From the NCBI GenBank assembly GCA_002633005.1, contig NMRA01000854.1:1-64000 (forward strand): a DNA stretch of 64,000 bases. The letters are read 5' to 3'. The notes beneath the pieces are model-generated. The model had not been told where the DNA came from and searched no databases. It saw only the letters and a list, made by a program, of their open reading frames with translations. How positions within the stretch are numbered: the first letter of the stretch is position 1; the number at the start of each line of letters is the position of its first letter. This document shows, piece after piece, positions 25,214 to 47,040 of this stretch. The DNA comes from Phoronis australis. Its lineage: Eukaryota > Animalia > Phoronida. The position numbers and the translations under genes are program-made.

Positions 25214-26779
25214 AGGACAATATTTATCATTCAGAAACATCAGCTCTTAATNATTTTGCCGTTTCATGGGACAGAATCATTTCAGTGGTCATTTGAAATG
25301 AAAGCAAAAACGAATCGAATGTTTATATATTGACGGTGTTTTTAAGATAAGCAATGAAAATGCTCATTTCGGTTGACCCCTGCAGGAGTAACAACATGGT
25401 GGTCCTCTGATCCCGTGCCCTAACACGAGTATTGAGATAGAGTGTCGATTTGTGCTATGGAATTGATGATAAACTCGTCACACTGGACATGTGAAAGATA
25501 GCTTTCCTTTAATTTCACCATATTCAAATAATTTACTTGCAAAAAATGAAATGTCATGGAAACCTTAGTCCGAGCAAAGTGCCTGTACGTATATAGGGGC
25601 CTCCGAGCAATTCAGACATCGTTCTTGGTGTTCTCAGTGGTACTGAACAAATCCGTGGTCAAAAAATGAATTTGAAGTTCTCAGTGGTACTACACAAATC
25701 CGTGGTCAAAACATAAATTTGAGTCGGATCATTTACGGCCATGAGCCTTGTTATCGAAGTCGCCGTACGTCACAAAAAATAGGCCTACTCGTCGTCATAA
25801 AATTACTGGCCGGCGTTTGCGATAAGCCGGGCTAAATCAAAGTTATACGCTTCTTGGAAGGAACGCTGGTTTATTTCGGTACCGCTTTGATAAAGAAACC
25901 GTATATTTAGTTGTTAGAATTTCTCGGCCGAGTTTGCTCTCGGGCTCCCCTGTACCTCGACAGCAAGCCTATGGCGTCAACAGTGGTTGTCGATCATATA
26001 AACTTTAGGCCTATAATCATTACACTCTTCTATACTTTACATCAAATTATGATGATGATGATCATGATGACGGATGATATAACAGCAACTTTATTTGAAA
26101 AAGAGGCCACCGGCTCACGTACAGCTCGGCACAATAGCAATGCATACACAGCCATCAAAGATTTAATATTTCGTTTCTAATAATCATTGCCCTTTGCATC
26201 TACATTGAAATGTTTTTTTAAAAGGTGTTTGTTACTCTCGAGTTAAAAAGAGACCTGATATTGTGGCAGGCGTGTTACCTAAATCTGTTTCTTAAATTGC
26301 CAAAAGTAGACAGCGTAACATAAAATGCTCTTTTGTTTCAATCTCCCCGGTACAAAAGTTCTTTCACTTCGGGGGAATAGGCCTACCATTTTTCAATTTC
26401 TAATCTGTGTGTTAGTTGAACATCTAATGATCGCTATGAAAAGTATCTGCTGCTCGTCGATCGTTTTCCCCATATAAATACTTTTTTCAAGACAAGTCAG
26501 ACTTAACTCCTCTGTAAAATTCACACTTGTTTGCATTTTCTACTACCGAGAACCAATTTTGAAAGTTAACATCTCTTAGCCTTTGTTTGAACCGAATATT
26601 GTTCACCGACTCACTGGTTCAACCGTACATGACCATTTTGGGCAGCAACTATTCTCGTACATCTAACAAAAATATTCCAATTTCAGTATGACGTTCATGA
26701 AATATGTTCCGTAGTTTCATCATGCTGCTTAATTGTGACACTGAAACCAGCAGCAGCTCAATGGAGTTGAGTGAGTGAG

Positions 26780-27100
26780 GTAGGCCTTAGCCTGACGTCA
26801 ATGTCCTCGTACAATTTTGGCCACGATATTGTCAACCGAAAACTTCCGCATCATTGTTCATTTTCAAATTGATTTGTTAATGTTTAAAGTAGTTTGATTT
26901 TCACAAGCTGCAATTCATAATTTGCCGAGCTTGCCTCGGCGGTCCACCCGCCACTGACAGGCCCGCCAGGCTGCGCTTACCGCTCACTCCAGACCGATTC
27001 TTGAGACTCCGCCCACAACTATGATGTCATTTCCGTAATCCGGAGGGTCATGACCCTTGACGGAATTGTGGGATACAACTAAAGTGTATCACATTTCGGA
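26780..27100 (+). promoter_or_regulatory. CpG-rich promoter of the PHD gene
   Basis: tgacgtca (~26793), GC box ctccgccca (~27007) and ttccg ETS-like sites just upstream of the ATG at 27175. Confidence 0.45.
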
Positions 27101-27174
27101 CGTATTAAAGATTTCAATTGAAGTCAAAATTCAGTGTTTTAAACGACATACAGTGGAAGATTTCTTTTTTATTC

Positions 27175-30100
27175 ATGGCGGATGACATATTCAAGGGTAA
27201 GACACAATGCCATGTTGGAATTCTGACTGGATTTATGTGTGATCGTGCAGGAGCTATGTTCAAAGTTTTCTTTAAAAATGGTCACCGACTCGAGCCAAGC
27301 GTTGATAAGATCATAAACAAGCACTTGCTAGTTTGTCTATTTCGTTCACTTTGTTTAAGTTCATTTCCTGACAAGCATATTTCTCTTACAGCTCCGAAGG
27401 CAAAGCGAAAGAATGATTTTCACGTAAGTAACACCGGGTATACATTTCATAATTTACCTTTTTTCAATCGGCTACCCAAGTTCGGCCATTTGCATTTAAT
27501 TTGCACTCGGTGTGTTTTCAAATTTGTCATGAAAATGAAAACGCTCTATTGGCTCCTGAAAATGTTGTCGCTCAGTGTTCGTTTTCTTATTCAGCATAAT
27601 AAATTAACCTATTAATGACTATTTCTGGGAGGACTTGTGAACTACTATTGAAATTAATATCTAAGCCTACCATGGAACATTCAGCTTGTCAAGCATCAAT
27701 AAGTCACCGTTTCATGGAAGTTAACGATTTGATAACAACGATGACATCATGTTTCACATTGCAACTGGTGAACAATGCTGAAGATCTTGTTAATGTGGAG
27801 ATTTCACAGTTTCCCGAAACGAGCAATTGATCATCACAATCAAACGATTAAATATACAATAGACCTCTAAACTCTCAAAATACGAGTGGAAAAAGTAAAA
27901 TACAATTAGAGAATTGGGCTTACTCTTGTAGTTGAAGGAGCACCGAGCAGATGTTCAGCTGTTTTGTCTTTTGGTCACCACTTATACAAGCCCCTGTTCT
28001 GAAATACAATTATTCGAGTATATGCGTGCAATTTGTTCAGTTCAGTTGTGTTTTCGAAGTGACATTTTTCCCTGTGTCAAGTGCTGATGCAGTTCTACTG
28101 GTTAACAAATGCAAGTAATTGCATGTATCCCCTTGATACCCATGCAGGCATGGTCCAGTGAGAAGAAGCGCAGAACGAAGGAAGACTTCTTTACCTTTTG
28201 CAACATAGTTTTAGCCTACACAAACTATGAGGCTTCCAGACAAGAGGTGAGCGAGATGGTTTAGTTGTGGGTAATAGTTGCATTTTGAGAACCAGTTTTC
28301 TCCACTGAATAACGGGCATCAAACTGGTTCTCAGAATCTGAGCATCCGATTATGGCCTAGTTCTGCACGATGGTCAGCCATCTCATGTTACTGTAGACTC
28401 ACCACTCAAACATTATGCTCAGCCTTGAACAGACTTGAATCATGTTTAGAAATCGAGTTTGAGCTATGTTTAATGAGCCTGGTCAGTTTGTTTCATGGGA
28501 AGACAAATGATTAAAATATTTTTCCAGATTGGTTGTTTTTTTTTGCTCTTAGAATATTAGTGACATGCGCTTGGCAATTGCCTCAAATCTCGCATTTAAC
28601 TGTTAGTTATTTTTGTTGAATTATAATGTATGAAGACTCCATGCCCTGTTTTAGCTGTGTTTGGTGTTTTGCCTTAGCAGAATTCTGTTAAGCATGTCAT
28701 TTGTATTAACATTTTCGATTGTGAATCTTATAGCCTCTGCTGCAGGAATAGGGTTTCAATGATATGAAGTATTTTGATGCCTTTAGTATTCTGATGGTAG
28801 CTTTAGGAGACTTGATATTCTCTAGGTAGTGCCCCCTTTGTTACACCTGAATAGATTGAGAGTAGGAAGTAGTTGGTGGGGGCATGAGGTGCATTGTGTG
28901 ATGAGTGCTCTCATGACTTATCTGAATGCAGCCATTTCAACAGGAAGGACCTTTGCTTGACTTGGGACATCTAGGGAATTTCAAGTTCCCTCAACACATG
29001 TGGACTGGCCAGCTGATTGACATTTTGACCTGAAAGTCAGGAATTTGCGTTAGCGAATCAGAATTTAAACCTGGGAGAAATTATTGACATCAGTGAATTT
29101 ATACAGAAAATGTTTTGTTCTATTAGCCGTGTTCAATCGTGTCTATGTTTCAGGAGATGAGATCGGTGAATAATTCCAGCCCTCTGGGTAGTGTTGGTAG
29201 TTCAGTAGACAGTTACAGTTCCGAGTCGAGTCTCAGTTCGATGAGTCCATCCAGTTCATACTGTGGGTTCAGTGATGATGTGCCCTCTAGTGGTCGTCTA
29301 GTGCCTAATTCAGGTATGTCTTATGTTTAATCCTTAAAAGGTTAAGTGACCATATGTTGTCTGAAGTGAATGGTGTTGAAGGTTACCACTGGATAATTGT
29401 ACGTCAAGTTTCTACATTGTAGAATTAAAATAATTACCAAACATTTAATCAGGTTTCTGATCCACTCTCACTTGAGTGATCAATTAAAAGTTTCAATGCA
29501 GATTTGTTTGTAAAACCTGCTTGATCCATTATAGGATTCAGCTAAGCCTTCCTCAACTTGGATTTATTGTTTTCATACCTGGGCAAAATGTCCTGAGCAG
29601 TAGGTAGTCATAACTTTGGCAAAACATAATTATTGATGCTTTAAGCTATTCAATCTTTAGTGGTAAAGTTTTTGTGTTACAAGTATCACAGACTGAAAAT
29701 GTTTTGCACAAGCATACGCAATACAAAGGTCATCAATGTTATGCAATGATTTTATAGTTTTGATCAAGCAGCATAGTTATCTCAGGATGATTTACGTCAG
29801 TCTGTAGTAAGGGTTCCCCAAAATGCATACAGTCCAGCTTAGAAATTGTTATCATTTTTCAAAGACTATACTTCATTGTTTTGATTGTTCAACATGTTGC
29901 CATGTATGTTATGTTGACGTCTGTGAAGTGCAAACCTGGAAAATAATATCTTAAATCTTGTTATTTTGGTTGATAAGTTTCACATATATAAAATTCCACT
30001 TTTCTGCCACTTTGTGTGTCTAATATTTGTTTAATTGCTGACTATTTAGTTGTGTCAAAATATGGTTGGCCACTTGTATGAGTCTTGATCGTCATCGGAA

Positions 30101-30762
30101 TTATAAAACAACAAAGGTTCACCATTTCCTGTCAGAATTTCATACGCGCCTAACACAAATCCAATGAAAGCTCAAAAAAAAAACAAGTTCAAAAAACCAT
30201 GAATGGTTCTTGTATTTCTTGATAGCAATTAAAGCTTCCTGCCGTTGCAAGTTCGCATCACATCCACGATGAAACATCAAAAACTCCTTTGGGGAAAATC
30301 ATAAGTTACAACTCATGGAACTTACTGTAAAATGATTTTACCCGACATTGCCGAGATGCAATGCCAGGAAAATTATTTTACAGTAAGTTCCAGAAGTCGT
30401 GATTTATAATTTTTGCATCCAGTTATTCACCTAGATGAATGATGGTGACCACCATCTAACCCAAAACTCTCCTTTCTAGCCATCATGTAATGTAAAAAGA
30501 TTTTCAAAAGATTGTGATGTGTTCTCGTTATTCCTTTGTAGATGATGAAGAGGGTTTGATCACTTGCTTCTGTATGAAGCCGTATGGTGGTCGCCCAATG
30601 ATTGAGTGTTCGTCGTGCCTTACCTGGGTTCATCTCTCTTGCGCAAAAATCCGCAAGAGCAATATTCCGGACACTTACGTTTGCCAAAAGTGCAAAGATG
30701 CACAGGCTAACCCCCGCAAGTCCAATAGACCCAGAACTGAAAAACGACGAGACAGTTCATAG
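27175..30762 (+). CDS. PHF13: PHD finger protein of the PHF13/PHF23 family, 177 aa
   Basis: Exons 27175-27196, 27392-27423, 28148-28246, 29154-29313, 30542-30762 = 534 nt, all GT-AG and in phase. N-terminal family motif [20 protein letters not shown]; [49 protein letters not shown]. Confidence 0.9.
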
Positions 30763-33700
30763 CTGTTTGCTCGGGACGTCCCGTTGTTCATGTAAATATA
30801 ATGTACATAGCAGAGAAACCCACTTTGTGATGATAGCAGCCGTGATGAATGGAAGGAGTGCAAGACCATGGTCTCTACTGAGTGGTTGCAAGATATTAAA
30901 AACCATCAATGCATCCAATCTACTGATTTTCCGACTATTTCGCGTCTTTTACCTCATTTTACTTGTCACAGAACATAACTCCATACATTCAAATATGAGA
31001 ACCCAGAAAATTGTGTGTCCACAAAGTCTGTCCATAACACTGCTAGCCTTGTGCATGTTCACGACAAGTCCTCTCTTTAGCACTGCTGGCCTTGTGCATG
31101 AACAGCATCATGTGATCAAGCGACTGTCGGGGGTCAGAAGGTCACTATGAAATACTGTTAAGTACTACAAGCCCATCAAAACTTCAGTTGCTGTTAGTAC
31201 AACATTTTGTCACTAATGTGTAGAGTTTGTTCATCAGTCTTAAATGGTAATTTTTGGAATGAAATTAGCAACTGTTGCAAAAAATATTCATATCAAGAAA
31301 TGCAACGCATTGACAGCCTTTAAAGGTTTTCTTGCCAATTTTAATATTTTCATTAATTTTTTCACTCAGTGTTTTTGCTCATTTGTCACTTGTATCAAGT
31401 ACTCCTGTAGGTGTAATTTATTTTTTTTCAGGTGAAATTAGTAACTGCTTTGAGAGTGTCTTTATTTGAGGAAATTTTGTTTGACTGTTAAATGTAAACT
31501 ATTTTTGATTTTTTAGAATTAGGATGCGGCACAGATAAAATGTGTCTATATACTCTTTCTGACCAACGTGTCTCCGACACCAGAGGAGCATCAATGTAAA
31601 TTAGCAAGTTAGTTGAACCTTTCGAACTGGCTTCGGTGGTTAACACTGGACTTGTTGCCAGTCCATGATCGCATCATCGAAGTTATTGCATGACTTATTA
31701 CTTACATAATTTTTTGAATATTAACAATCATGTCCGTGTGGATAGTAAATGAAATGAAGTGCTTATAGCAGCGGTATGGTGAATAGTTGATCATATAATG
31801 ACACGATGTGTGCTATTTTTAGCTGTGACATCTGCCGATAGTTCCAGCAACGCCAATTAAGTTAACTTTCACACCGCATCTCAGCGTTGATGCTCCGTTG
31901 TTCAATTCTGTTTAGTGTGGAGTTAACTTGCACTTATTTTTGATCCAAGACTGAAGTCAACTTTTCATACCAACTGACGGTCTCGTTAACATTGATGCAT
32001 TGACGTTGGTCTGAAAAGCTTTTATCTTATTGTGATTAGCTGAATTTTCAGGCTGTTTTACTGATGTAAATATTTGAATGTTGTTAAGAAACGATGCAAG
32101 CTTGTAAGTTAATGCGAGCCTTGCAATGCCAAAAAAGCATAGTTTGTTCTGGTCTTGAGCTGCACAAAGGCACGTTAACTGGGGTAAGCAAGGTTTGAAA
32201 CGCCGTGATTTGCCAACCCATGAGTAAAAAGAACAAGTCCCGCATCATTTTGCTCGTTTCAGGTGGATTTTGTGTTTTGAAAAAGTAAGAAAACCACCAC
32301 CAACTCTATTAAAACACAGCTGTGCTTTTTTGGGCTAACAGTCTAAAGTTTGGTTTGGAACTGTAAGTGCTTGCTGTACATGTGTGTATTTAGGTCCCTG
32401 CACCTATTATCTGACATAAAGTGTTTTTCAAAGAAATTCTTGTACTCGAATGTTTGTTATATAGGACAATATGATACAAGTGCATTTTAGTTTTCACATT
32501 TACAATGTTGATGAATACAACTGCACTTTGTATAGCCTAGATTATGTTCAAATAGCATTGTTGCTTAGTTCCTGCTGTACATTAGCATAGTTAGGAGCAT
32601 GCAAATACATCCTTATGATCAATTTTTTGGAACAAAATTACGGTAAGTCAAACTGAAGTTTTATCTTAAAATTGACCTAAATTTAAGGTTTTGTTGTAGC
32701 TAAGTCAGTTTTCTTGGAACGGGCCGGAATTCAGCTACTACCTGCAAAAAATGGTTTTAATATTTTCATATTTCCAAAGATGAACAATTGAACAAAACCA
32801 ATGTGTAATGTTAACGCTTCTGGAGGGAAGAGATTTTTATCATTACTGACGATTGTCATGGACACTTTATAAATCATGTATTGAACCTTCTTAAACATGT
32901 GCGCATGTACATGTATGTTTAGGCACACCAAGTATATTCACAACATTCCACGACTTGCCAGATAGCCGAGTATAATTTTTAAATTTGTGTGCTGACATGT
33001 TCAGCATCAACTTCAACTACGGTTCTACTCAAATGGTTTGCCATAAGGCACATGAGTCTAGTTTTGGATATAGGCATGGCTTCGAGTACCGGTGCATGGA
33101 CCTAAATCGTGCATATACGCTATGCTATTGTCGTCTTCCTATATTTTCTCTGTTTTGTCAGCTTCTCAGAATCTCAATCAAGACTTGGGAATTTGTTAAC
33201 AGAAAGTTGCACTTTGTCCAACAGTTTATAGGTTCAGTTTGTTGGTCAGCAAAACTTATTCAGTGCCCCTCTTCATTACCAGAATTAAAGAATCTTGTTG
33301 CTTCACTATGATTGTTTGCGAGAACGGTAAACCAGCTAACATTTCGATTAAACATGGCATGCATAAGTTGTATTTCCTTGCCATTTTTGTAATGTGTTTT
33401 GGTATTTTCTAAAATATTTGTGATGCAGATTTGGTTATCTCAGTTTGTATATAAGTCTCACTATTTAACACAGCAACTTATGAAAACCTAAACTTTTATC
33501 ATTTGCATTGGTCACAACTGTTAAACATTGTTCAAGACTGTCACACCAAGGTAGTTCTTCATGTGGTCTTGAAAAGGGGACAAAACCAAGTAATGACCAG
33601 CTAAGTGTTTTGCAATTGAAACAAGAGCATTATGGGCAGTGTTGCACTTAAGGAACTTCTCATTTTCTCTCATTTCCTCCTGTTGTTGAGACTTGCTATG

Positions 33701-33763
33701 ACTTTCTAAGAACTAGTGTGCTGTGACTTGGCCTTAAGATATTGCCTTGTGAGATGGATTTAC

Positions 33764-34028
33764 CAGTGCATGCACACACCCAGGGGGACTCGGGAGGCTC
33801 GAACGAACCCCCCACTTTGGTGAAGTGGGCAAAAATGTCTGCCTCAGAGAAACAAAAACTCCGAAAAAAGTAGAAAAGAGACAAAAGACCACTTAAAAAG
33901 GCAGGAATTACCCAAATTCGGCAAATGCACAATTCATAGCTCAGAACGTAACCCATGAATCTTATTAAAAGGTCCACAATCTCAAAAATTGGACCCCCCA
34001 TTTTTTAGGCTGGGTGAGCATATGCAGT
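33764..34028. mobile_element. hAT-like MITE, related copy at ~9950-10172
   Basis: Shared core gcctcagagaaac...aaaaaggcaggaa..acc.aaattcgg...ttttaggctgggt; starts with cagtg. Confidence 0.55.
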
Positions 34029-35769
34029 GAGTATCTTTTCTGTACTAGCCAAGCCCAGTATTATATTGTATATAACTATGTTGGTATGTAATGTCGCATG
34101 ATCCTTTCTTATTCATGTTGTTGACATGCAACAATTGCGTCAACAGTCATGAATGACTACTTTTTTGTTCCACTTAGTATAAGGGCCGGTTAAGACTTCA
34201 GTCTGAAATTTGGTCTTGCGCTTCCACTTAACAATTGCTAAATAAAAGTTTAGCAAAGTAATTGCGTGCATCACAGTATAAAAGTAATTTACAGATTGAA
34301 ATAACCTCAGTAACTGGCAGTTATGTGTATATTCTCAGAGACCTAACACTGTTGCCTCAAGTAAGATTTATTTATTTTTCAGAAATAGTAGTGTGGATAC
34401 CATACTTCTGACTTCACTTTTCCATGAAACTGGTCCTGAGTGAAGCAGTGTGGTCTTCAGGGGAATTTTAGCTACTGACAATACAGGCCAAAAATATTCA
34501 GACAAAATGACTTGGGATTTCAGTGACATTACAGCTGGGCAGAAACCAAATTAATCGTCAGAATGACTGTCAGAGAATGAAGGGGACCAGGAAAGTTGGT
34601 AAGGTGGCCGAGTCATTCTTCAATTAGAATTTTGCCCCTCAATAGTTATTACCAGCCATCTGTACTGTTAACAGATTTAGCATGAGTGGGGAAAATGTAT
34701 TTTGTCTGATTAATTTTGGTTTGTACTCTATTTTATTATATAAACCGATTTCAGTTGAAGCTAAGGATAAGAGCACAATAAATTTGCTTTGGAAGACCCA
34801 ATACTCTAATGAAGAAAGATGTTACACAGAGGTCTCTTTCAGGAAAAGTGACAATAAGAGTTAGTCAGAAATTTGGCCTTGTGCTCCGCACAATTATTTC
34901 TGAAAAATAATTATATCTCTTTCTATCAAAGGAATTGTCTCTGAGAATTTACATTACACGTAACTATTAGTTAGTGAGGCAATTGGTAAAAATTATTTTT
35001 GATGTGCTATCAATTGGATAAACCGTTATTCATTAATTGTGAAATGAGAGCGCAAGACCAATTTCTTACCAAGTCTCAAATCACAGTTCTGCAGTAGCAT
35101 TACATTAATGAACCAACACTGAGATGATGCAATTTTTGGATTGTACCACAAGAGCAGGTCTCTAGGAATGGTGTGCAGAATACTGTCCTTCGATTAGGAG
35201 ATTGTTTTGAAACTGTTCTGGTTTTTTCCCCCGTGTCCGATTTATTTCGCCTACTGGTTGATACTTGTGTCGCAACTGTTTAATAGTAAACAAAACTTGT
35301 AAGAGCAACATTACAATTATTACATGACTTGAGTGTGAAATCAATATGATTGTACATGTCAAAAAATTACCAAATGTTCGTACTCTATTATTTTGTACAT
35401 AGTTGGAAAATAAAATGCTATTTTCTTGAATCTTTGTCGTAACCCGTACTCAAGAGCATCGTTTCCTGTTGCTTCTTTACTTTTCAGAGAAACTAGAATA
35501 TTCCCAGCTTCTGTAATGCTCGTCTCCACAAAATTAAAAGTACCAGTCGAGCAAATTATTGGATTGGCCAATCACAGTCCTGCACTGCTTTCCATGTTAG
35601 CTCATTTAGTTTCTGCTTGTCTCCCAATTAACCTTGAATTGTATTGTATACGGTATACGATAGGTCTTTGGATAAACAACAGGAGGTGATAATCCTGCCA
35701 ATTAGAACAACACGCGGCATGTAGACATCGATGCTTTCTCAATCCTGCAACTTTCTGACAAAAGTGATT

Positions 35770-43639
<7,870 letters not shown>

Positions 43640-44202
43640 GCTTTGCTAAATTGGGTCATGTAACATGACCTATTTATATATTGTAACTCTTTTTGGAAAC
43701 TTAAATGTACAAATATATTGATATATAATTTAACTTTCATTTATATCTGACTCAATTATTCTAAGAAAAACGTAATTTTACATGATTTTTATTAGAATAT
43801 ATTTTTCCTTATCTACCCAGAACTCCGTTTCCTTCATGTCGGCCTCCATGAATTTTGATTTACGTGGCTAGAAATCTTATTTTTTTGAAGGAGCATCTAA
43901 CAAAGGTAATGCTAACTATAATTTCTCTCGTGTAATTTCTAAAACTTTGCTTTAAAGCAGCAAAAATTTTGTGTGTTTCAAGTTTCGTTGCTGTAGGCCT
44001 ATTCGTGAATAAGTTTAAGATCTCCGTATCAAAATACAATGTCAATATGGTCACTTCCTCACGTCGGCTCCTCAACGCAACTTAACTCAATCACAAGTTC
44101 ATGTACACAGACAGTGCAGTGGCGCAGTGCCCATCGGCAACTTGTCTAATTCTTTTTCCTCATATTTTATTACAGTGAAAAATCACGTTCCAGTGCAGCA
44201 GT

Positions 44203-44967
44203 AGGCAACACGTAGCCCCTCGGTTGGCAGGTTAGGGGCAACAGTACTTCCTCTTGACTATGGCTCTAATCAGTCTAATGGCTCTATCGCTTTCTGTATG
44301 AATCTCGTCCCGTGTATTTAATTTAAAGGGGCGGTAGGTTGAATCCAGCCACCAATTAGGAGTTTTCACCTCATCAAAGATACATTCCACACTTAAAACT
44401 AAGAAAAGCGCTTACTTTCTTCAGTGCCAGTGGTCTTTTCTACTTCTACACATATCTTTGATGAAGCTTAGTTACGAGAATTAAGGTGACTTTGGCGAAG
44501 AATTCCAACTCCACTTTTTTGGTCACCGTTAACTTTTTCACCACGCACGCGATAACCATAAAGTATTTCAACTCAGTCACGTGAGTTAGGCAAAGGCTAG
44601 CGCGAGACTGAGCGAAGCGTGGGTGGGACGCTGGCGCGCGACACTTTCAAAATAGCATGGGAAGGTATCAGGTGAAATTTGTAAGATTTGTGTCCCTTTG
44701 ACTTTTTATTTGTCAACATGCGTGATTTCACGTAACTTCCTCAAAATGGCTCCCGTTAAGAGAAACTCGAACAAACCACGACAGATTCGTTCATCGATTT
44801 GTTCAAATTATCTTGACTGAATCGTCTCCAGACTTATGGTATGTGTTAATTATAACTCCATGTGCATATATGCATGTTCATTTGAATGTTTTCCTGTATT
44901 TTGAAATTCGTAACTTTTTGTGGGGATGTACTATCGCCCCTGTATGCCAGGGCGATGTAATTGCCTA
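44203..44967. promoter_or_regulatory. Probable bidirectional promoter with non-coding first exons for METTL1 (-) and MFSD5 (+); right arm of the inverted repeat
   Basis: CpG-rich core 44540-44640; YY1-like caaaatggc at 44742-44750; plus-strand donor ATG|gtatgt after 44838; minus-strand donor AAA|gtaagc after 44416; lies between divergent genes. Confidence 0.6.
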
Positions 44968-45008
44968 GCACAGCAATAGTCTGCCAGTTAGCTGTGTATG
45001 AACACTAC

Positions 45009-45532
45009 TGTTGTGTGGCGTGACTTCTGGTTGTGACGACATGTATAGTCAGATAAAGCCTCTCTAAGCCACTTGCCAAGTGGCAATTGCCTCTTGGCCA
45101 AATGGTTTAGACGCTTGGTCGTCACACATGCAACCTGGGTTCAAGTCCCACTGGAGACACTGAAATTTTCTACATTGGTGCCCAACTAAGGAAAAATTTA
45201 CGATTAACTCTGAAATGTAAAGTGGCTAATGGAGAGGGGGTGACCTGGTAGTGATGGATTCAGAGCACAAAGAGAGCGTCACTGCCGGCAAATTCCAGGA
45301 TGCTAGGCCTAGGGTGTTGCTGAGATCTAAAAGCCAGGGAGCTCGCCTGTTGGCGGTAGGGGAACAGTGTTGTGAAAGGTGACTTCCGGTTGTGACGACA
45401 CGTGCAGTCAGATGAAGCCTCTCTAAGCCGCATGCCAAGTGGCAGTTGCCTCTTGACCGAATGGTTTAGACGCTTGGTCATCGCACGTGCAACCTGGGTT
45501 CAAGTCTCACTGGGACACTGAAATTTGCTACA
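45009..45532 (+). mobile_element. Miniature non-autonomous LTR element (TRIM) with tRNA-like sequence in its LTRs
   Basis: LTRs 45009-45174 and 45368-45532 (TGTTG...CTACA); PBS-like tggtgcccaact at 45176; purine tract aggggaacag before LTR2; flanks ctac/ctat; A-box tggccaaatggt and B-box gggttcaagtccc inside the LTR. Confidence 0.75.
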
Positions 45533-46884
45533 CTATTGTCAAAATACAACTATGAGCTAGGTACCACTGGTACTGGTACTGTCAGGCACTGTGCGTTGAA
45601 CATCGTTAGATTCAGAAATTTCACACAGCGCGGGTAGTTCTGCTCGTCACCTCGTCCTGAAACTTATATCAACATGTAGAACTAACGACCGGTGGGGGCA
45701 TGCAAAATCTGGGAATTAACCAATACTCACTTCGCCCGTTGCAACTGTTTAAGTGAAAAACAATTCTAATAAACATCATTTTTGTGCATAGTTCCCCGAC
45801 TTTTGTAACAAAAGAAAAGTATGTTGTCATTTTGAAAATAGTATGCTTGTGACACGCACACGCGCAATTTTAAAAAATTTTGCGACATCTCTTGGGAGAT
45901 GGTGACAGCTTCGCAGCAGCAAAACTTGTTCTGAAATTCAGTTTGCTGGTATTAAAGTAATGAAAACTAGTAACTGATATGTAACCAGTTCTGATGATTT
46001 GTTGTGACATGTATGCAACCTCGTGGAATAGACCTATTGAAGAATCGAGGAAACAAGAAATTGGCTAATATATGACGCAATATTTCATGGCGCCGAAAGC
46101 CGACACAAAAAAGCACTATAATTTTAGCAGTAGAGTAATGGTAGGATGTCAATTTTTCCAACACCGGTTAATAATTTAGTTTACTCAAGGAAGAGTGTAG
46201 TTTTTAATGACACTAATTTTGTATCAGATTTCATTTGGTCAGTTTTTTACCCACGTTGGCACAAAGCTGTATATTAAGGTATACAGCTTTGCACCAAGGC
46301 TAGCCTTGTATCAAGGCTAGCCCAGCAGTAGCACCCAATAAACTGTGGTACTCCTTGCTAAGAGCCTGCTTCATAAGCGGGAAGCTTTTCGGCCAGTTAT
46401 ACCTCATACTAGTTTTGATTAAGTCGTCAAAATCACATTTCTATAAGAACCTTTTGCACACAGAGGGATACTTTAGGAGGCCATCTTTGTCTTTAATTCC
46501 TTCCAACTTGAACATATAATCAAACTTTTTTCGAGCAGTCCTTCGTTCAGTTGCCCAAATCGGCAACTGGCAATTTTTATACTGCTAGCGCCAGGGTATA
46601 TGACGTCATACCTTCTGACCATTCTGATTTTTGCTGTTTGACTCTATATGTTTACTTCCTGTATTATTTTGAGTGTTTTCTCAGATGTGTGCATGGCAAC
46701 TCCATGAATTTTTGTGAGGTTCCCAAACAAAATCTCAGGTCGCATTCTTGGTGACCTGCAGGCATCTTAACCCATTAGCCAAAGAGCAATAGCTTGTGGT
46801 TGAGTGATTAATAGAGGCCTTTATATTACTATCAACACTCATTTGTAAATCCACCACTATGCCACTCACATACACTGTATATGT

Positions 46885-47040
46885 AAGGAGCACTACCACT
46901 ATGTAAGAAAAGGAGTTCTAAAACTATATATGTCAGTAAAGGAGTTCTACCATTATATATGTAAGTAAAGGAGTTCTAAACCTATATGTAAGTAAAGGAG
47001 TTCTATCATTATGTATGTAAGTAAAGGAGTTCTACCACCA
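46885..47040. repeat. Minisatellite, ~29-30 bp unit
   Basis: tatatgtaagtaaaggagttctac about 5 times. Confidence 0.8.

Noticed and set aside
30602-31150. 182-aa ORF overlapping the PHD exon
   Set aside because: Alternative frame running into the 3' UTR, non-ATG start, no recognisable motifs.
45088-45160. tRNA gene
   Set aside because: A and B boxes are present but acceptor and anticodon stems pair poorly and the sequence is embedded in both LTRs of a mobile element.
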